Assembly (NCBI RefSeq): GCF_009914755.1
Contig: NC_060933.1
Origin: the human T2T-CHM13v2.0 reference genome, Homo sapiens
Strand: one strand, 5' to 3'
Length of the DNA: 64,000 nt
In this document: in pieces, positions 58,561 through 64,000 of the stretch
Layout of the letters: each line of letters opens with the position of its first letter
How positions within the stretch are numbered: position 1 is the stretch's first letter
The notes under the pieces: model-generated
What the model was told of the DNA's origin: nothing
The model's database searches: none
What the model saw: only the letters and a program-made list of their open reading frames with translations
Program-made: the position numbers and the translations under genes

Positions 58561-61500
58561 CCCGATGATTCCATTCCATTCCATTCGATTCCATTCGATT
58601 CCCCTGCACTCGCGTGGATTCCATTCCATTCCATTCCATTCCATTCCATTCCTTTCCGTTCCATTCCATTCCATTCCATTCCATTCCGTTCCGTTCCATT
58701 CCATTCCATTCCATTCTATTCGGGTTAATTCCATTCCATTCCATTCGATTGCAATCGAGTTGATTCCATTCCATTCCATTCCATTCCATTCCATTCCATT
58801 CCTTTCCATTCCATTACGGATGATTACATTCCATTGCATTCCATTCCATTCCATTCCCCTGTACTCGGGTTGATTCCATTCCATTCCATTCCAATCCATG
58901 CCATTCCACTCGCGTTGATTCCATTCTTTACTTTCCATTCAAGTTGAATCCATTACATTGCATTCCATTCCATTCGATTACATTCGATTGCACTCGGGTT
59001 GATTCCATTATATTGCATTCCATTCCATTCCATTCCATTACATTCCATTCCGTTCCATTGCATTTCATTACATTCAGATTGATTCTATTCAATTCCCTTA
59101 CACTCCGTTATATTCCAATCCATTCTGGTTGTTTCTATTACATTCCATTCCATTTCACTCCATTCCATTGCACTCGGGTTGATTCCATTCCATTCCATTC
59201 CATTCCATTCCGTATGATTCCATTCCATTGCATTCCATTCCATTCAATTCCCCTGCACTCGGGTTGATTCCATTCCATTCCATTACATTACATTCCGTTC
59301 CATTACATTCCATTCCATTCGGATTGATTCTATTCAATTCCCTAACACTTCATTACATTCCATTCCATTCGGGTAGTTTCCATTCCATTCCATTCCATTC
59401 CTCTCTATTCCATTGCACTCGGGTTGATTCCATTCCATTCCATTCCATTCCATTCCATTCCATTCCATTCCATTCCTTTCCATTCCATTCCATTCCATTG
59501 TACTCGGGTTGACTCCATTCCATTGCATTCCATTCCATTCCATTCCATTCCATTCCGTTCCATTCCATTCCATTACATTCGGATTGATTCTATTCAACTC
59601 CCTTACTCTCCATTACATTCGATTCCTTTCGGGTTGTTCCATTCCATTCCATTCCATTCCACTCCATTCCATTGCACTCGGGTTTATTCCATTCCATTCC
59701 ATTCCATTCCGGAAGATTCCATTCCATTGCATTCCATTACATTCCAATCCCCTGCACTCGCGTTGATTCCATTCCATTCCATTCCATTCCATTCCATTCC
59801 ATTCCATTCCATTCCGTTCCATTCCATTCCATTACATTCGGATTGATTCTATTCAATTCCCTTACACTCCATTACATTCCACTCCATTCCATTCGGGCTG
59901 TTTCCATTCCATTCCATTCCATTCCACTCCATTCCATTGCATTGGGTTGATTGCATTCCATTCCATTCCATTCCATTCCGTATGATTCCATTCCATTGCA
60001 TTCCATTCCATTCCATTCCCTTGCACTCGGATTGATTACATTCCACTCCATTCCCTTCCATTCCTTTCCATTCCATTCCATTCCATTGCAATCGAGTAGA
60101 TTCCATTCCATTCCATTCCATTCCATTCCATTCCATTCCATTCCATTCCATTCCATTCCGGATGACTCCATTCCATTGCATTCCATTCCATTCCATTCCC
60201 CTGCACTCGGGTTGATTCCATTCCATTTCATTCCATTACATTCCGTTCCATTCCATTCCATTCCATTCTATTCGTGTTAATTCCATTCCATTCAGTTCCA
60301 TTCCATTCCATTCCATTCCATTGCGTTCCATTCCATTCCATTCCACTCCATTCCATTCCATTCCATTCCATTCCAATCGATTTGATTCCATTCCATTCCA
60401 TTCCATTCCAGTCCATTCCAGTCCTTTCCTTTCCATTCCACTCGGGTTGATTCCATTCTATTACTTTCCTTTCCATTTCATTCCATTCGAATCCATTCCA
60501 TTGCACTCGGTTTGATTCCATTCCATTCCATTTCATTCCATTCCATTCCATTACATTCGGACTGATTCTATTCAATTCCCTTACACTCAATTACGTTCCA
60601 TTCCATTCGGGATTTTTCCATTCCATTCCATTCCATTCCATTCCATTCCATTCCATTCCATTCCATTGCATCGGGTTTATTCCATTCCATTCCATTCCAT
60701 TCCATTCCGGATGATTCCATTCCTTTGCATTCAATTCCATTCCATTCCCCTGCACTTGGGTTGATTACATTCCTTTCCATTCCCTTCCATTGCTTTCCAT
60801 TCCATTCCATTCCATTCTATTCGGGTTAATTCCATTCCATTCCATTCCACTCCATTCCATTCCATTCCATTCCATTGCAATCGAGTTGATTCCATTCCAT
60901 TCCATTCCATTCCGTTCGATTGCAATCGAGTTGATTCCATTCCATTCCATTCCATTCCATTCCATTCCATTCCTTTCCATTCCATTACGGATGTTTCCAT
61001 TCCATTGCATTCCATTCCATTCCATTCCCCTGTACTCGGGTTGATTCCCTTCCATTCCATTCCAATCCATGCCATTCCACTCGTGTTGATTCCATTCTTT
61101 CCATTCCATTCAAGTTGAATCCATTCCATTGCATTCTATTCCATTCGATTCCATTTGATTGCACTCGGGTTGATTCCATTCCATTGCTTTCCATTCCATT
61201 CCATTCAATTCCATTCCGTTCCATTCCATTTCATTACATTCAGATTGATTCTATTCAATTCCCTTACACTGCATTATATTCCAATCCATTCTGGTTGTTT
61301 CCATTCCATTCCATTCCATTTCACTCCATTCCATTGCACTCGGGTTAATTCCATTCCATTCCATTCCATTCCATTCCGGATGATTCCATTCCATTGCATT
61401 CCATTCCTTTCCATTCCCCTGCACTCGGGTTGATTCCATTCCATTCCATTACATTACATTCCGTTCCATTCCACTCCATTCCATTCGGATTGATTCTATT

Positions 61501-62559
61501 CTATTCCCTTACACTCCATTACATTCCATTCAATTCGGTTAGTTTCCATTCCTTTCCATTCCATTCCTCTCTATTCCAATGCACTCGGGTTGATTCCATT
61601 CCATTCCATTCCATTCCATTGTACTCGGGTTGATTCCATTCCATTTCATTCCATTCCATTCCATTCCATTCCATTCCATTCCGAGCCATTCCATTCCATT
61701 ACATTCGGATTGATTCTATTCAACTCCCTTACTCTCCATTACATTCCATTCCATTCGGGTTGTTCCATTCCATTCCACTCCATTCCATTGCACTCGGGTT
61801 GATTCCATTCCATTCCATTCCATTCCATTCCATTCCATTCCATTCCGGATGATTCCATTCCATTGCATTCCGTTCCATTACATTCCCCTGCACTCGGGTT
61901 GATTCCATTCCATTCCATTCGATTCCATTCGATTCCATTCCATTCTAATTCGTTCCATTCCATTCTATTCCGTACCATTCCATTCCATTCCATACCATTC
62001 CATTCCATTCCATTCCATTCCATTCCATTCCATTCCGTTCCATTCCGTTCCATTCCATTCCATTCCATTCTATTCGGGTGAATTCTATTCCATTCCATTC
62101 CATTCCATTCTATTCCATTCCATTGCAATCGAGTTGAATCCATTGCATTCCATTCCATTCCATTCCATTCCGGAAGATTCCATTCCATTGCAATCCATTC
62201 CATTCCATTCCCCTGCACTCGCGTTGATTCCATTCCATTCCATTCCATTCCATTCCATTCCGTTCCGTTCCGTTCCATTCCATTGCATTCCATTCCGTTC
62301 CGTTCCGTTCCGTTCCATTCCATTCCATTCTATTCGGGTTAATTCCATTCCATTCCATTCGATTGCAATCAAGTTAATTCCATTCCATTCCATTCCATTC
62401 CATTCCATTCCATTCCATTCCATTCCTTTCCATACCATTACGGATGATTCCATTCCATTGCATTCCATTCCATTCCATTCCCCTGTACTCGGGTTGATTC
62501 CATTCCATTCCATTCCATTCCATTCCGTTCTGTTCCGTTCCATTCCATTCCATTCCATT

Positions 62560-64000
62560 CCATTCCATTCCGTTCCGTTCCGTTCCATTCCATTCCATTC
62601 CATTCCATTCTATTCTGGTTTATTCCATTCCATTCCATTCCATTGCAATCGAGTTGATTCCATTCCATTCCATTCCATTCCATTCCATTCCTTTCCATTA
62701 CATTACGGATGATTCCATTCCGTTTCATTCCATTCCATTCCATTCCCCTGTACTCGGGTTGATTCCATTCCATTCCATTCAAATCCATTCCATTCCACTC
62801 GTGTTGATTCCATTCTTTCCATTCCATTCAAGATGAATCCATTCCATTGCAATCCATTCCATTCGATTCCATTCGATTGCACTCGTGTTGATGCCATGGC
62901 ATTGCATTCCATTCCATTCCATTCCATTCCATTCCATTCCATTCCTTTCCATTCCATTCCATTCCATTCGGATGCATTCTATTCAATTCGCTTACACTCC
63001 ATTACATTACATTGCATTCGGGTAGTTTCCAATCCATTCCATTCCATTCCATTCCTCTCCATTCCATTGCACTCGTTTTGATTCCATTCCATTCCATTCC
63101 ATTCCATTCCATTCCATTCCATTCCATTCCGGATGATTCCATTCCATGGAATTCCATTGCATTCCATTCCCCTGCACTTGGGTTGATTCCATTCCATTCC
63201 ATTGCATTCCTTTCTGTTCCATTCCATTCCATTCCATTCCATTCCATTCTATTCGTGTTAATTCCATTCCATTCTATTCCATTCCATTCCATTGAAATTG
63301 AGTTGATTCCATTCCATTCCATTCCATTCCATTCCATTCCATTCCATTCCATTCCATTCCGTTCCGTTCCGTTCTGTTCCGTTCCTTTCCATTCCATTCC
63401 ATTCCATTCTATTCGGGTTAATTCCATTCCATTCCATTCGATTGCAATCGAGTTGATTCCATTCCATTCCATTCCATTCCGTTCCGTTCCATTCCATTCC
63501 ATTCCATTCCATTCTATTCTGGTTTATTCCATTCCATTCCATTCGATTGCAATCGAGTTGATTCCATTCCATTCCATTCCATTCCATTCCATTCCATTCC
63601 ATTCCATTCCATTCCTTTCCAATACATTACGGATGATTCCATTCCGTTTCATTCCATTCCATTCCATTCCCCTGTACTCGGGTTGATTCCATTCCATTCC
63701 ATTCAAATCCATGCCATTCCACTCGTGTTGATTCCATTCTTTCCATTCCATTCAAGATGAATCCATTCCATTGCATTCCATTCCATTCGATTCCATTCGA
63801 TTCACTCGTGTTGATTCCATGGCATTGCATTCCATTCCATTCCATTCCATTCCATTCCATTCCATTCCATTCTTTCCATGCCATTCCAATCCATTCGGAT
63901 GCATTCTATTCAATTCCCTTACACTCCATTACATTACATTGCATTCGGGTAGTTTCCATTCCATTCCATTCCATTCCATTCCTCTCCATTCCATTGCACT
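62560..64000 (+). repeat. Tandem duplication, unit ~0.92 kb, truncated by the window end
   Basis: Seen: ctattctggtttatt (62610/63513), ccgtttcatt (62720/63644), caagatgaatcc (62829/63753), ccatggcattgc (62894/63817), ttcggatgcattct (62967/63894). Confidence 0.85.

Larger units (their letters stand above)
1..64000 (+). repeat. Human satellite 3 (HSat3/SatIII) array, (CATTC)n / (GGAAT)n with diverged junction words; continues beyond both window edges
   Basis: Seen: CATTC pentamer dominates every line, always with the C/T-rich strand on +, interrupted hundreds of times by gcACTCGGGTTGatt and related words (gcaatcgagttg, ctattcgggttaatt, ccggatgatt). Established: CATTC runs plus the CAACCCGAGT decamer define classical satellite 3. 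Subfamily and chromosome not determined. Confidence 0.97.

Noticed and set aside
130-63884. Hundreds of ORFs (poly-IPFHS on +, poly-MEWNG on -), including 488, 402 and 395 aa ones
   Set aside because: A CATTC/GGAAT repeat has no stop codon in any frame and supplies ATG continually. The ORFs overlap in all six frames with no domain content, so they are not called as CDS.
1-64000. CRISPR-like alternation of constant words and variable intervals
   Set aside because: The intervals are pentamer runs rather than unique spacers, lengths are irregular, and there are no cas genes or leader.
1-64000. Regular higher-order repeat such as the ~3.6-kb DYZ1 or a ~1.8-kb unit
   Set aside because: Duplication offsets are heterogeneous (0.8-5.7 kb) and EcoRI sites (e.g. 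~4664, 13692, 15471, 18342, 49183, 55053) are irregularly spaced. No fixed period is visible.
1-64000. EWS-FLI1-type GGAA microsatellite, telomeric repeat or G-quadruplex array
   Set aside because: The unit is GGAAT, not tandem GGAA or TTAGGG, and runs of three or more G are isolated and far apart.
1-64000. Strand switch, retroelement insertion or non-satellite island hidden in the array
   Set aside because: Reading through found no GGAAT runs on +, no poly-A tails, and no stretch free of pentamer-derived sequence; the most complex parts (cassette B) stay in pentamer register.

Overview
The whole 64 kb window is one uninterrupted, single-orientation array of classical human-type satellite 3 (HSat3/SatIII). 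It consists of (CATTC)n pentamer runs punctuated by the diagnostic decamer ACTCGGGTTG (minus strand CAACCCGAGT) and a small vocabulary of other junction words, i.e. primate, most likely human, pericentromeric heterochromatin (inferred). I see no genes, RNA genes, transposon insertions, inversions or CRISPR arrays. All ORFs in the track are by-products of a stop-free 5-bp repeat (IPFHS on +, MEWNG on -). The array does have internal structure: recurring ~0.2-0.6 kb cassettes in a stereotyped order, many recent 0.8-2.3 kb tandem and dispersed duplications, long-range (~39 and ~49 kb) sharing of private variants, and a 5-bp register that slips almost only by -1 at two motifs. It also carries about 37 perfect three-unit heat-shock elements (aTTCcgGAAgaTTCc) that differ from a sister word by one base. 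I found no evidence of a new protein-coding system; the most interesting signals are regulatory or structural. All counts and coordinates were read by eye and are approximate, and the chromosome and HSat3 subfamily cannot be assigned without a database comparison.
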